Source: a candidate division WOR-3 bacterium (lineage in GTDB: Bacteria; SDB-A). Taken from it: 60,712 nt of DNA. Positions within the stretch are counted from its first letter, which is position 1. Every line of letters starts with the position of its first letter. Location: NCBI GenBank assembly GCA_016929715.1, contig JAFGIG010000097.1, forward strand, positions 1-60,712, written 5' to 3'. The notes below the pieces were generated by a model. It had not been told where the DNA came from. It saw only the letters and a list, made by a program, of their open reading frames with translations, and did not search any database. The translations under genes and the position numbers were made by a program. This document shows positions 9,791 to 18,603 of the stretch, one piece after another.

Positions 9791-10882
9791 TCACCTTATT
9801 TTCAGCGTGCTGATTCCTATGAGTGCAAACAATATCGCCAGAAGCCAGAATCTGACGACAATTTTGCTTTCGGGCAATCCGCACTTTTCAAAATGATGAT
9901 GTATGGGAGTCATCTTGAAAATCCTTTTTCCGCCTGTCATCTTAAAATACGAAACCTGAAGTATCACAGACAAAGCTTCCACAACAAAAACTCCGCCTAT
10001 AAAAACAAGTAAAATTTCCTGTTTTATTAAAACTGCCATCAAACCCAGAGCTCCGCCAAGTGAAAGCGAGCCTGTATCACCCATAAAGACCTGAGCGGGG
10101 TGAGCGTTAAACCATAAAAAACCAAGACAGGCTCCGAAGGCGGCGGCTCCGAAAACAGTGACTTCAGCCGCAAGCGGATCAAAACCTATATGCAGATACT
10201 GAGAAGCCTTGAAGTTACCTGCTATGTAGGAAACCACTGCAAATGATGCGAAAGAGGCCGCCAGAGAACCGGCTGCCAGTCCGTCCAAGCCGTCAGTAAT
10301 ATTGACTGAATTTGAAGCGCCGAGTATCACTGTTAAAATCAGAGGAATGTATAACCAACCAAAGTCAACTATTAAATTTTTTAGAAAAAGTGCGTGAGTC
10401 TGGGTGACTTTCAGATCTCCCCCGGAAGGAAACTTAAAGAGCATGAATCCTACAAAACCGGCGAGAAAGATTTGACCTATAAGTTTATATTTTCCTCTCA
10501 TTCCTTTTTTTCTTTTCATTTTCATCAGATCATCAAGAAATCCGAAAGTTCCGAGCCATATCATGGATGAAAGAAGAATAATTATGTTTCTGTTTGTCAA
10601 GTCGCCCCAGATAATCACCGATACAAGAATTGACACTACAATAAGAATTCCCCCCATTGAAGGCGTTCCGATTTTCTTTTCATGCCCTTCAGGAGTGAAT
10701 TCTCTCACTACGGAACCGGTTCTGTGTTTCTGCAGTTTTCTGATGACGTAAGGCCCGGCAAAAAATGATATAAAAAGCGCGGTTACAACTGCGTAAGCTG
10801 ACCTGAAAGTGATATAACCCAAGACGTTGAAGACTGAAAAAGTGTCTTTTAATCCGAAAAGGATCTTATACATTTCGACCAC
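9791..10882 (-). CDS. mraY: phospho-N-acetylmuramoyl-pentapeptide transferase
   Basis: NSVNITDGLDGLA and MGDTGSLSLGG motifs; 10-TM profile. Confidence 0.96.
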   Translation of the reverse strand: MVEMYKILFGLKDTFSVFNVLGYITFRSAYAVVTALFISFFAGPYVIRKLQKHRTGSVVREFTPEGHEKKIGTPSMGGILIVVSILVSVIIWGDLTNRNIIILLSSMIWLGTFGFLDDLMKMKRKKGMRGKYKLIGQIFLAGFVGFMLFKFPSGGDLKVTQTHALFLKNLIVDFGWLYIPLILTVILGASNSVNITDGLDGLAAGSLAASFASFAVVSYIAGNFKASQYLHIGFDPLAAEVTVFGAAAFGACLGFLWFNAHPAQVFMGDTGSLSLGGALGLMAVLIKQEILLVFIGGVFVVEALSVILQVSYFKMTGGKRIFKMTPIHHHFEKCGLPESKIVVRFWLLAILFALIGISTLKIR

Positions 10883-12212
10883 CAGATTTCAGAGTATCGG
10901 CTATATTATCCAGCTCCATAGCTCTGCTTCCTTTAATTAAAACTACGTCACCCTCTCTAACATCATCTATAAGTGTTTGGAGAGCCTGTCTCCAATCATC
11001 CGCTTCCCTGCAAATCACACTTTTAGAGCTATTCTCTTTCGCACCTTTAAGGATGAAACCTGAATATTCTCCTACTGCGATTATCTCTGAAAAACCGAGT
11101 TTTACAGCATATGAACCCGCCTTCTCATGGAAGAACGGGCTTTCTTTCCCCAATTCCTTCATGTCGCCGATTACCGCCAACTTCCTGCCATCAAAGAAAT
11201 TTGCAACATATTTCATGGCAGATTCCAGGGCGACAGGACTGGAGTTATATGAATCGTCAATAACAGTAATTCCGCGGGATCTAAACACATCCAGCCTGTT
11301 TGGAGGAAGTTTCATTTCAGAAATTCCTCGTGAAATCTCTCGTGCTTCAAGACCGCAAAACAAACCGGTTTTCAATGCCGCTAAAGCGGCGTAAAGACCG
11401 GATTCACCCGGAGATCTGACGCAAAATTCAATATTTTCAGCAATAAAATTTGTCTTTGTTTTACCCCTTCTGATATTTGTGACCTTTTGATGCCGAACTC
11501 CGAAGTATTGAATCTTAGCCCCGTATTCATCTATGCGCTTTGTGATCTCTTCGTCGTCGCCGTTTACAAAAGCTTTTCCGTTTTCTCTAAGATTTTCAAT
11601 TATTTCAAATTTGGAATCGGCAATAGAGTCAAGCGAACCGAAAATTTCAAGATGAACAGGCGCTATCCTTGTGATAATAGCAATATCGGGCTTCGCTATC
11701 GAACATAGGTTTTTAATGTCATGTTTTTTTCTCGCTCCCATTTCGAGAACAAAATAGTCCGCTTCGCTGTCTGCGTTCAGTATTGTCAGAGGCATTCCAA
11801 TTTCAGTGTTCATGTTTCCTTCGCTTGCCGTAACTTTGAAGCCCGTCGAAAAAACCGATCTGACAGCTTCCTTTGTCGTAGTCTTACCAACCGATCCTGT
11901 CACTCCGATTACTTTCGCGCCCGAAAGAGTTATCTTTGCGGATGCAAGAACGCCTATGGCTTTTATGCAGTCAGGGACTAAAACGATTGGTCCATCAATT
12001 TTCTTTTCGCATAAAACGGCTGCGGCTCCGTTTTTTAAGGCTTGGGCGACATAAAGATGTCCGTCGGTCTTTTGGCCTTTTAACGCGACAAACATGTTGT
12101 TTTTAACTATTTTTCTCGAATCGGACGAGAACCCCTTGACCTGTATTTTTTCAGAAACGTTTTCTACTTTTCCTCCTGTAAGCTTTGCAAGGTATCCTAA
12201 TTCTATTTCCAC
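10866..12212 (-). CDS. murF: UDP-N-acetylmuramoyl-tripeptide--D-alanyl-D-alanine ligase
   Basis: GVTGSVGKTTTKE P-loop; Mur ligase middle and C-terminal domains; synteny between murE and mraY. Confidence 0.92.
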   Translation of the reverse strand: MEIELGYLAKLTGGKVENVSEKIQVKGFSSDSRKIVKNNMFVALKGQKTDGHLYVAQALKNGAAAVLCEKKIDGPIVLVPDCIKAIGVLASAKITLSGAKVIGVTGSVGKTTTKEAVRSVFSTGFKVTASEGNMNTEIGMPLTILNADSEADYFVLEMGARKKHDIKNLCSIAKPDIAIITRIAPVHLEIFGSLDSIADSKFEIIENLRENGKAFVNGDDEEITKRIDEYGAKIQYFGVRHQKVTNIRRGKTKTNFIAENIEFCVRSPGESGLYAALAALKTGLFCGLEAREISRGISEMKLPPNRLDVFRSRGITVIDDSYNSSPVALESAMKYVANFFDGRKLAVIGDMKELGKESPFFHEKAGSYAVKLGFSEIIAVGEYSGFILKGAKENSSKSVICREADDWRQALQTLIDDVREGDVVLIKGSRAMELDNIADTLKSGGRNV

Positions 12213-13666
12213 CCTGCCTCCTCGAGAGCCGCTCTTGCCTCTTCACTGTCATCGAACCTGAATTCCGTGACGCCTACTATCTGGCATATTTCATGCCCTT
12301 TGCCGCAGATAACCACTACTGAATTTTCAACGGCTTTATTAATCGCTTCCCTTATGGCTTCTTTTCTGTTTCTGATTACGAGCGGCTTTTTATTCATCCC
12401 AAGGATAATTTCTTCGATAATTTTTTCAGCGTCTTCGCGTCTGGGATTGTCGTCTGTCAATATAACTGTATCTGAGTAAGTTTCTGCAATTTTTCCCATA
12501 ATCGGCCTTTTTAGTCTGTCCCTTTCGCCTCCGCATCCGAATACAGTTATGAGCTTTGCCGGTTTTAGTCTCCTGAAGCTTAAAAGCAGATTTTCCATGG
12601 CATCCGGTGTGTGTGCAAAATCTACAAAAACACCGAAAGGAGCTCTGGATTTTATCTTCTGCATTCTGCCAGGAATCGTCTTAACAGATTCAAGGCCTGC
12701 CTTTATGCTCTGATGATCTATCCCTAACTTTACCGCGCAAGCAGAAGCTCCGACTGCGTTGAGAATATTTATCGCCCCCGGTATATTAAGTTTGATTTGG
12801 AAATCTGCACCCTCACCCCTTAGAAAAAAGCATGAGCCTTTGAAATCAGAATATATCTGATCCGCCCAGAAATCGGCTTTTTTCTCCATGGAATAAAAAT
12901 ATACGGGCTTGTCAGTAGATTTAGTTATTTCATCTTTTCTGCCGACAGATTCACTCACACATGAGAAGGATTTTTTTTTCATAAGTGAAAAAATACCGAG
13001 TTTCGCGTTGAAGTAAGACCTGAGGTCTCCATGCCAGTCAAGATGATCGTGTCCGAAACTTGAAAACACAACTGCGTCCAATTTCATGTATTTTGTGCGC
13101 CCCATGGAAAGAGCGTGAGATGAGACTTCAACCACGACATGCGTGGTTTTTTTGTTTTTCATTTTACCCAATAACCTCGCAATTTCGAGGGCTTGGGGAG
13201 TTGTATTATAGGCTTTTTCTTTTTCATCAGGAAAATAATGACCTGTAGTTCCTATCATACCTGAATTCAATCCTGCTCCATGAAACATTGACCTGAGCAT
13301 GAAAGACAAGGTGGTTTTGCCGTTTGTGCCTGTTACACCTGTTATAACGAGAGTCTTAACGGGATCATCATATATGAAATCGGCTATTTCCATCGCGGCT
13401 TTCTCCGGCTGTTTCGATAAAATCTGCGCGACAGGAAGATCTAATTCCACGAGTTTGTCCGAAAGAATCGCCGAAGCACCTTTTTCTATTGCTATTTTAG
13501 CCCACTCTCTCCCAGAAGAACTTTTTCCATCAAGAGCCGCGAATACATCACCCTTTTCAATTGTTCTTGAATCAGGGCCTATTCCGCCCACTTGTATATT
13601 TTCTGATTTTTCCCCGACAATTTCAATGGAAGGGAAGCGCAGGCGAATGTCTTTTAATGTCTTCAT
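12203..13666 (-). CDS. murE: UDP-N-acetylmuramoyl-L-alanyl-D-glutamate--2,6-diaminopimelate ligase
   Basis: GVTGTNGKTT P-loop plus the DNPR motif (LTDDNPRRED) typical of meso-DAP-adding MurE. Confidence 0.94.
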   Translation of the reverse strand: MKTLKDIRLRFPSIEIVGEKSENIQVGGIGPDSRTIEKGDVFAALDGKSSSGREWAKIAIEKGASAILSDKLVELDLPVAQILSKQPEKAAMEIADFIYDDPVKTLVITGVTGTNGKTTLSFMLRSMFHGAGLNSGMIGTTGHYFPDEKEKAYNTTPQALEIARLLGKMKNKKTTHVVVEVSSHALSMGRTKYMKLDAVVFSSFGHDHLDWHGDLRSYFNAKLGIFSLMKKKSFSCVSESVGRKDEITKSTDKPVYFYSMEKKADFWADQIYSDFKGSCFFLRGEGADFQIKLNIPGAINILNAVGASACAVKLGIDHQSIKAGLESVKTIPGRMQKIKSRAPFGVFVDFAHTPDAMENLLLSFRRLKPAKLITVFGCGGERDRLKRPIMGKIAETYSDTVILTDDNPRREDAEKIIEEIILGMNKKPLVIRNRKEAIREAINKAVENSVVVICGKGHEICQIVGVTEFRFDDSEEARAALEEAGWK

Positions 13667-14028
13667 AAATTTATTCTCGCGGTTTCTATTATGTTCATGG
13701 TTCCGATTATGTATCGGGTGATTTCCCTGAAAACGGGAGAAGCTACAGCTCCTCCGTAATAAACACCTTTCGGTTCTTCAATAACCACGCAGATTACGTA
13801 TGTAGGATCTTCAGCCGGAAAAAATCCTATAAAGGATGAAATATAAGCATCTTCAGTGTATCCGCCGCTTTCAGAAGCGATCTGAGCTGTTCCTGTCTTT
13901 CCCGCTACTTGCACACCCTGAATTCTAGCGTTTCTTCCAGTCCCTTCTTCCACTGCCATGACAAGGAGGTTTGTGAGAGTATCCGCCAAATCTTTTGAAA
14001 GCACTCTTCTTATCGTGTCTGTTTTTTT
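13663..14028 (-). CDS. ftsI: penicillin-binding protein 3 (FtsI), C-terminal fragment downstream of a frameshift
   Basis: Contains the KTGT motif (VAGKTGTAQ) and the end of the transpeptidase domain. ORF-track ORF 13663..14187 continues the upstream ftsI ORF in the -1 frame from the A7 run at 14022..14028; residues upstream of that run in this frame are not PBP-like. Confidence 0.8.
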   Translation of the reverse strand, partial: KKTDTIRRVLSKDLADTLTNLLVMAVEEGTGRNARIQGVQVAGKTGTAQIASESGGYTEDAYISSFIGFFPAEDPTYVICVVIEEPKGVYYGGAVASPVFREITRYIIGTMNIIETARINL

Positions 14029-15308
14029 ATCATCGTTCCTCTGACTGGCGACACGATGCTGTCGACGATTTTCGGCCTTATCAAAAATCCGCCGTTGGCA
14101 ACTGCGGCGTAAGCTGTTGCCATTTGCAGAGGAGTCACCGACAGTCCCTGCCCGAAAGAAATAGTAGCCAATCTGACATCCACCCACAGATTTTCGCTCG
14201 GAATACTTCCTCTTGCTTCATGCGGAAGGTCAATTTCCGTTTTTTCGCCGAAACCGAAGAGAAGAATATGCTTATACAAAACACTTTTACCTGTTCTTTT
14301 TGCGACATTGACCATTCCGACATTAGACGAATGAACAAAAGCTCCCCTGAAATCAAGAGGCCCATGCTTTTCAGCGTCTTTTATAATATAATCTCCGATT
14401 TGGACTCTGCATTCTCCCGTTTCCACTAGCTCATCTAGCTCTGTGGATCGCGAAGACAATGCTGCAGCAGCAGTTATCAGCTTGAAAGTAGAGCCGGGTT
14501 CATATTGCCAATCCACAGCCATGTTCAGATTCTTTCCGCCGATGGTAGCCATCGCTCTTACATCTCCCGTTCTGGGGTCCATAACGATTACGGAGCCTGA
14601 TTTTGCCGAATGATTTTCAACCGCTTTTCTCAGTGAGTTGTAGGCTATTTCCTGAATATCCATGTCTATGCTCAAATAGACGTCGTCGCCCCTGAACCTT
14701 GCCCCCTGAAGAGCTGAAGATCCGATATACATGTTTCCTTTTTGTGTCAATGACATCACTGTTGTGTCTTTTTCGCCTCTGAGGAACTTGTCGAATGTAT
14801 ATTCGATTCCTGACAAGCCTTTATTGGAAGGATCGACTGACCCAATGAGATTATTAAAGGCATGCTCTCTGCCGTAATATCTAATCTGATCATAATAAAC
14901 ACCTACTCCGGGAATCATTTCCCTTTTTACGGCACTGCATAATTCTTCCGGCGCATCTCTTTTTATCCAAGTAAAACCGTTTCTTCCCTCGATTGCATAG
15001 AGTATTTCCTCAAAGCTTGATACTCCCAACCTTTCTAAATCTCTCGCGCATTGGATTTTGTTATCGACGCTTTCGGGGTAGACAAAAATTGAAATTGCCT
15101 TGTGTGAATAAGCCACGCATCTGGATTTTCTGTCCAGAATGGACCCTCTGAGCATTTCCGGAGAAAAACTGTAAGCTGTGATTTCCCTCGCTTTTTGCCT
15201 GTATTCTTCTGACATGGCTACTTTACCCAGTTCAAGAGAGAACAAAACAAGCAAGGCGAAAGCTAAAACTGTAAGAATCTCAACCTTGGGATGCTTTTTT
15301 CTAATCAT
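14010..15308 (-). CDS. ftsI: penicillin-binding protein 3 (FtsI), N-terminal part (TM anchor, dimerisation domain, SxxK and SxN motifs)
   Basis: TM helix, PBP dimer domain, active-site STFK (EPGSTFKL) and SSN (HSSNVG). It terminates prematurely (..GTMIKKQTR*) straight after the A7 run. Confidence 0.9.
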   Translation of the reverse strand: MIRKKHPKVEILTVLAFALLVLFSLELGKVAMSEEYRQKAREITAYSFSPEMLRGSILDRKSRCVAYSHKAISIFVYPESVDNKIQCARDLERLGVSSFEEILYAIEGRNGFTWIKRDAPEELCSAVKREMIPGVGVYYDQIRYYGREHAFNNLIGSVDPSNKGLSGIEYTFDKFLRGEKDTTVMSLTQKGNMYIGSSALQGARFRGDDVYLSIDMDIQEIAYNSLRKAVENHSAKSGSVIVMDPRTGDVRAMATIGGKNLNMAVDWQYEPGSTFKLITAAAALSSRSTELDELVETGECRVQIGDYIIKDAEKHGPLDFRGAFVHSSNVGMVNVAKRTGKSVLYKHILLFGFGEKTEIDLPHEARGSIPSENLWVDVRLATISFGQGLSVTPLQMATAYAAVANGGFLIRPKIVDSIVSPVRGTMIKKQTR

Positions 15309-15597
15309 CTCTATAAATTTCCGTTTCGATTATTCGAATCGCCTTGTATTCTTGATTATTAACAAAAACAAACTCGAGAGTTTCAGCCAAACGCTTTACA
15401 AACGCGGCGGTAAAATACATGTCATCCATTTTTATCTGGGTTTTGAGGAGATCCTGATTTTTCCTGTCAATCTCTCTTTCCAATGAAAATGTTTCGTTTG
15501 CAAGAGCCATCACTTCAGATCTCTGCTTCACAGTCAAAAAAAACCCCGCAAATACTATTAGGGCGATAAAAGCCGAAAATGTCAGGATTTTTTTCAT
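15301..15597 (-). CDS. ftsL: cell division protein FtsL-like (single TM + coiled coil)
   Basis: About 98 aa, with N-terminal TM (ILTFSAFIALIVFAGFFL) followed by a heptad-rich segment. Conserved slot between rsmH and ftsI. Start set at MKKIL, just after the rsmH stop. Confidence 0.6.
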   Translation of the reverse strand: MKKILTFSAFIALIVFAGFFLTVKQRSEVMALANETFSLEREIDRKNQDLLKTQIKMDDMYFTAAFVKRLAETLEFVFVNNQEYKAIRIIETEIYRDD

Positions 15598-16478
15598 GTG
15601 CAAAACTCCGCGCACCTCAAATGAGCGCTTCTAGATTTTTTATTTTTGAGTTTTTCTTCTTTAGAAGGTTTAACAACCCGTCTAAAAAACCTTTTGGCTA
15701 TTTTTTCTTTTTCCCATTCGATCATTTTGTTTTTGACTATTGTATCCTCGACGGAGTGATATGATATAATTATGAATCTTGCCCCCGGTTTGAGCATTTG
15801 GGGTATTGTCTCCAGAAGCCCTGAGAGTTCTCCTATTTCGTCGTTGACCTCAATTCTGAATGATTGAAAAACCCGCGAAAGCCTTTTTGCGGCATCATGT
15901 CTAATGCCCTTTTTTCTGACAATTTCAACAAGATCTTCTGTGGTTTTAATATTATCTCTTTTTTCGAATATTGCTTTAGCTATGGCTTTAGTCCCGTCTC
16001 TTCTACCTGATAACGAAAGTATTTCACATAGCTTATCAAGAGAAGATTCCGAAAGAACGCTCTTGAGGCTTTTTTCTTGAGACGCGTCCATTTTCATGTC
16101 GAGAGGGGAGTTATTTTTATAACTAAAACCCCTGTCGGATTTAAGCTGCATATCAGACATCCCCAGATCGGCGAGGATTCCGTCAAAAACATTTTCACCA
16201 TCCATTTTTTTTATTTCTGAAAATTTGATGTGAAAATAATTTGTCACCGAAGAATAATCCGAGAGACGACTTTTAGCATAGTCCAAAGCTGAAGCGTCCC
16301 TGTCGACACAAGCCAAATATGAAGGCTTAAGGGACTTCAATATCCAGAAACTATGCCCTCCCTGTCCGACAGTGAGATCAGCAAATCTTCCGCCGTAGAA
16401 TTTGGAAAATAAAGCGACGACAAAAGGAGCCATTACCGGAACATGTTCATCTTTTAGAGATATTCCGGCAAATTTCAT
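15594..16478 (-). CDS. rsmH: 16S rRNA (cytosine1402-N4)-methyltransferase
   Basis: HVPVM, TVGQGGHS and ADLGMSDMQL motifs of RsmH/MraW. Confidence 0.95.
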   Translation of the reverse strand: MKFAGISLKDEHVPVMAPFVVALFSKFYGGRFADLTVGQGGHSFWILKSLKPSYLACVDRDASALDYAKSRLSDYSSVTNYFHIKFSEIKKMDGENVFDGILADLGMSDMQLKSDRGFSYKNNSPLDMKMDASQEKSLKSVLSESSLDKLCEILSLSGRRDGTKAIAKAIFEKRDNIKTTEDLVEIVRKKGIRHDAAKRLSRVFQSFRIEVNDEIGELSGLLETIPQMLKPGARFIIISYHSVEDTIVKNKMIEWEKEKIAKRFFRRVVKPSKEEKLKNKKSRSAHLRCAEFCT

Positions 16479-16768
16479 TTCGTCAGATCCGATTTCCAGT
16501 TATATCCGGAAAGGTTCAGGACAGTTAAGAAATAACTGCTGACATTTTTAAGCCTAAGGTTTTTACCTCTCGATTTTAGTTTTGATTTTAGCGTTTCGAG
16601 TAAAATGCCGGATTGAAAATGCATATAATTGAGGTCCTTGAAATCGAGGATTATTTCCTGTTCATCTCCCTGAGTGAGGCTTTCGAGCCTGTTCATTATC
16701 GAAGGTTCTTTGAATGGGTTAAAACCTCCGGATATGTAGACTACTTTTCTCACTATTCTTTTTCTCAT
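16475..16768 (-). CDS. small STAS-like (anti-sigma-antagonist fold) protein inserted between mraZ and rsmH
   Basis: 97 aa. The ILDFKDLNYMHFQSGILLETLKSKLKSRGKNLRLKNVSSYFLTVLNLSGY pattern resembles the STAS core (vlDl..v.fiDSsGl..L......k..g..l.l.nv...v..vl.l.gl). ATGA overlaps on both sides (mraZ stop, rsmH start). Assignment is by eye only. Confidence 0.55.
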   Translation of the reverse strand: MRKRIVRKVVYISGGFNPFKEPSIMNRLESLTQGDEQEIILDFKDLNYMHFQSGILLETLKSKLKSRGKNLRLKNVSSYFLTVLNLSGYNWKSDLTK

Positions 16769-17193
16769 ATCTCCAGACCTTCGAAATAATCCACAATGTT
16801 CTCGTCAATTTTTTCCATCACTGGTTTATAATTCTCGTTGGACCACAGCTCAATGACGTTACCTCTTCCCACGGCTGTTATCTCTTTAATTATTCCTGCA
16901 AAAAAGATCAGCTCTGATGGGATTTTCATTCTTCCCTTTCCATCAATGTCAACATAGTCGCCCGACCCTATAAAATAGCGCAAAACACTTCTTACTTCAT
17001 TTTTACTGACAGGGAGCCCAAGAAGTTTTTTTTCGAATTCAGTCCAGTCGGATACGGTATATAAATTCAGGCATCTGTCAAACCCTCTGGTCAAGAACAT
17101 CTTGTTTTCGCCGAGGTCTTTTCTGTATCTTGAGGGAAGAAAAAAACGCCCTTTTTCATCTATTGAGCATCTGTGCGTTCCATAAAAACCCAT
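16765..17193 (-). CDS. mraZ: transcriptional regulator MraZ
   Basis: Two SpoVT/AbrB-like repeats carrying the DxxxR motif (DEKGRFFLPSRYR, DGKGRMKIPSEL); first gene of the dcw cluster. Confidence 0.93.
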   Translation of the reverse strand: MGFYGTHRCSIDEKGRFFLPSRYRKDLGENKMFLTRGFDRCLNLYTVSDWTEFEKKLLGLPVSKNEVRSVLRYFIGSGDYVDIDGKGRMKIPSELIFFAGIIKEITAVGRGNVIELWSNENYKPVMEKIDENIVDYFEGLEI

Positions 17194-17198
17194 TTTAA

Positions 17199-17223
17199 CC
17201 CCTTTTTACCCATTTTTTCCCAC
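17199..17223 (-). promoter_or_regulatory. three direct TGGG/TGGG/GGGG repeats at exact 10-bp phasing (putative MraZ operator)
   Basis: The minus strand reads GTGGGAAAAAATGGGTAAAAAGGGGTTAAA-ATG. G-tetrads sit at 17222-17219, 17212-17209 and 17202-17199. This matches the E. coli-type MraZ operator architecture (TGGGN repeats with 5-nt spacers). Confidence 0.5.
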
Positions 17224-17228
17224 AACCT

Positions 17229-17257
17229 ATTAAAATAAACCTACGTAAAATTGTCAA
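17229..17257 (-). promoter_or_regulatory. sigma70-like promoter for the dcw operon (Pmra)
   Basis: Minus strand TTGACA (17257-17252), N17, TTTAAT (17234-17229). Predicted TSS is near 17222, i.e. on the first G-repeat. Confidence 0.45.
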
Positions 17258-17346
17258 GTATTATTTTCAATCCCTTAATATGGAGTTAATAATATAAACT
17301 TGTTGTCCGGAGAGCATAAAATAAATATACTAAAATTAAGGTAGAA

Positions 17347-18600
17347 ATGGATAACACTCCTCTCGCAGATAGAATCAGGCCTAAAAGCCTATCTGAGTTT
17401 TTCGGACAAAGGCATATACTTTCTGAAGGGACAGAACTTCATTATTGTTTTAAGAATAAAAGGTTTCCTTCCATGATATTTTGGGGGCCGCCGGGAACAG
17501 GCAAGACAACTTTGGCAAAAATAATATCCATGGAAAACCCCCAGATCCCATTTCATTCTGAAAGCGCGGTTTTGATTGGCGTGAACAGAATAAGGGAAAT
17601 TGCAAATTCGAGCTCTGTCGGAATTTTCGGAAAATCATTTCTTTTTTTGGACGAAATACACAGATTTTCCAAATCACAACAAGATGTTCTTCTCCCTTTC
17701 GCCGAAAAGGGAACAATTATCCTGATAGGCTCGACTACAGAAAATCCTTCATTTTATATCAATCCTCCTCTGCTCTCAAGAGTCAGGCTTTTTATTTTTG
17801 AAACCCTGTCAGAAAATGACTTACTCCAAGTATTGAAAAGAGCTCTTAAGCAACATCCGCAGATAGAAATTCCGACGGAGCTCATGAAAAAAATTGCCGC
17901 TGCCGCAGAAGGCGACGCAAGAAGAGCACTTAATCTTCTCGAATCCTGCTCGCAAGCTTCCGGCAACGGAAAAGAAATGGACAGAAGATTGCAGAAAACA
18001 CTTCTCTTTGACAAAAAAGGAGATTTTTTTTACGACACTATCAGCGCTTTCCACAAAAGCGTCCGATCAAGCGACCCTCACGGAACTTTATATTATCTGG
18101 CGAGAATGGTCATCTCAGGGACAGACCCCAAATACATTCTCAGGCGGATGATAAGAATAGCTTCCGAAGACGTGGGCATGGCAGATCCAAACGCCTTAAC
18201 CGTGGCTGTCCAGGCAAGGCTCGCTTTTGACCTTGTCGGTATGCCCGAAGCCGAACTGGCTCTAGCTGAAGCCGCTGTGTATCTTTCCACCGCTCCGAAA
18301 TCGAACTCTCTTTACAGGGCTTGGTCAAAGGTCAGTTCCGCCGTGAAGAAGACGGGAAACTTGCCGGTTCCCATCCATCTCAGAAACGCGCCTACTGATC
18401 TTGCAGAGAAAATGGGACACGGTCAAGATTACAAATATGACCACGATTTTCCTGACGCTTTTTCCGGACAGGAAACACTCCCTCCCGTTCTTTCAGGCAA
18501 TAGATTCTATACTCCGTCTGACAGGGCATTTGAAAGGGAAATCAAAAAAAGAATGGAATGGTGGGAAAAAAGAAAATCTGAAATAGATAAAAACAAATAG
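17347..18600 (+). CDS. rarA: replication-associated recombination protein A (MgsA/RarA AAA+ ATPase)
   Basis: LADRIRPKSLSEFFGQ, GPPGTGKTT and LFLDEIHRF motifs plus the MgsA C-terminal domain. Confidence 0.93.
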   Translation: MDNTPLADRIRPKSLSEFFGQRHILSEGTELHYCFKNKRFPSMIFWGPPGTGKTTLAKIISMENPQIPFHSESAVLIGVNRIREIANSSSVGIFGKSFLFLDEIHRFSKSQQDVLLPFAEKGTIILIGSTTENPSFYINPPLLSRVRLFIFETLSENDLLQVLKRALKQHPQIEIPTELMKKIAAAAEGDARRALNLLESCSQASGNGKEMDRRLQKTLLFDKKGDFFYDTISAFHKSVRSSDPHGTLYYLARMVISGTDPKYILRRMIRIASEDVGMADPNALTVAVQARLAFDLVGMPEAELALAEAAVYLSTAPKSNSLYRAWSKVSSAVKKTGNLPVPIHLRNAPTDLAEKMGHGQDYKYDHDFPDAFSGQETLPPVLSGNRFYTPSDRAFEREIKKRMEWWEKRKSEIDKNK

Positions 18601-18603
18601 AGG

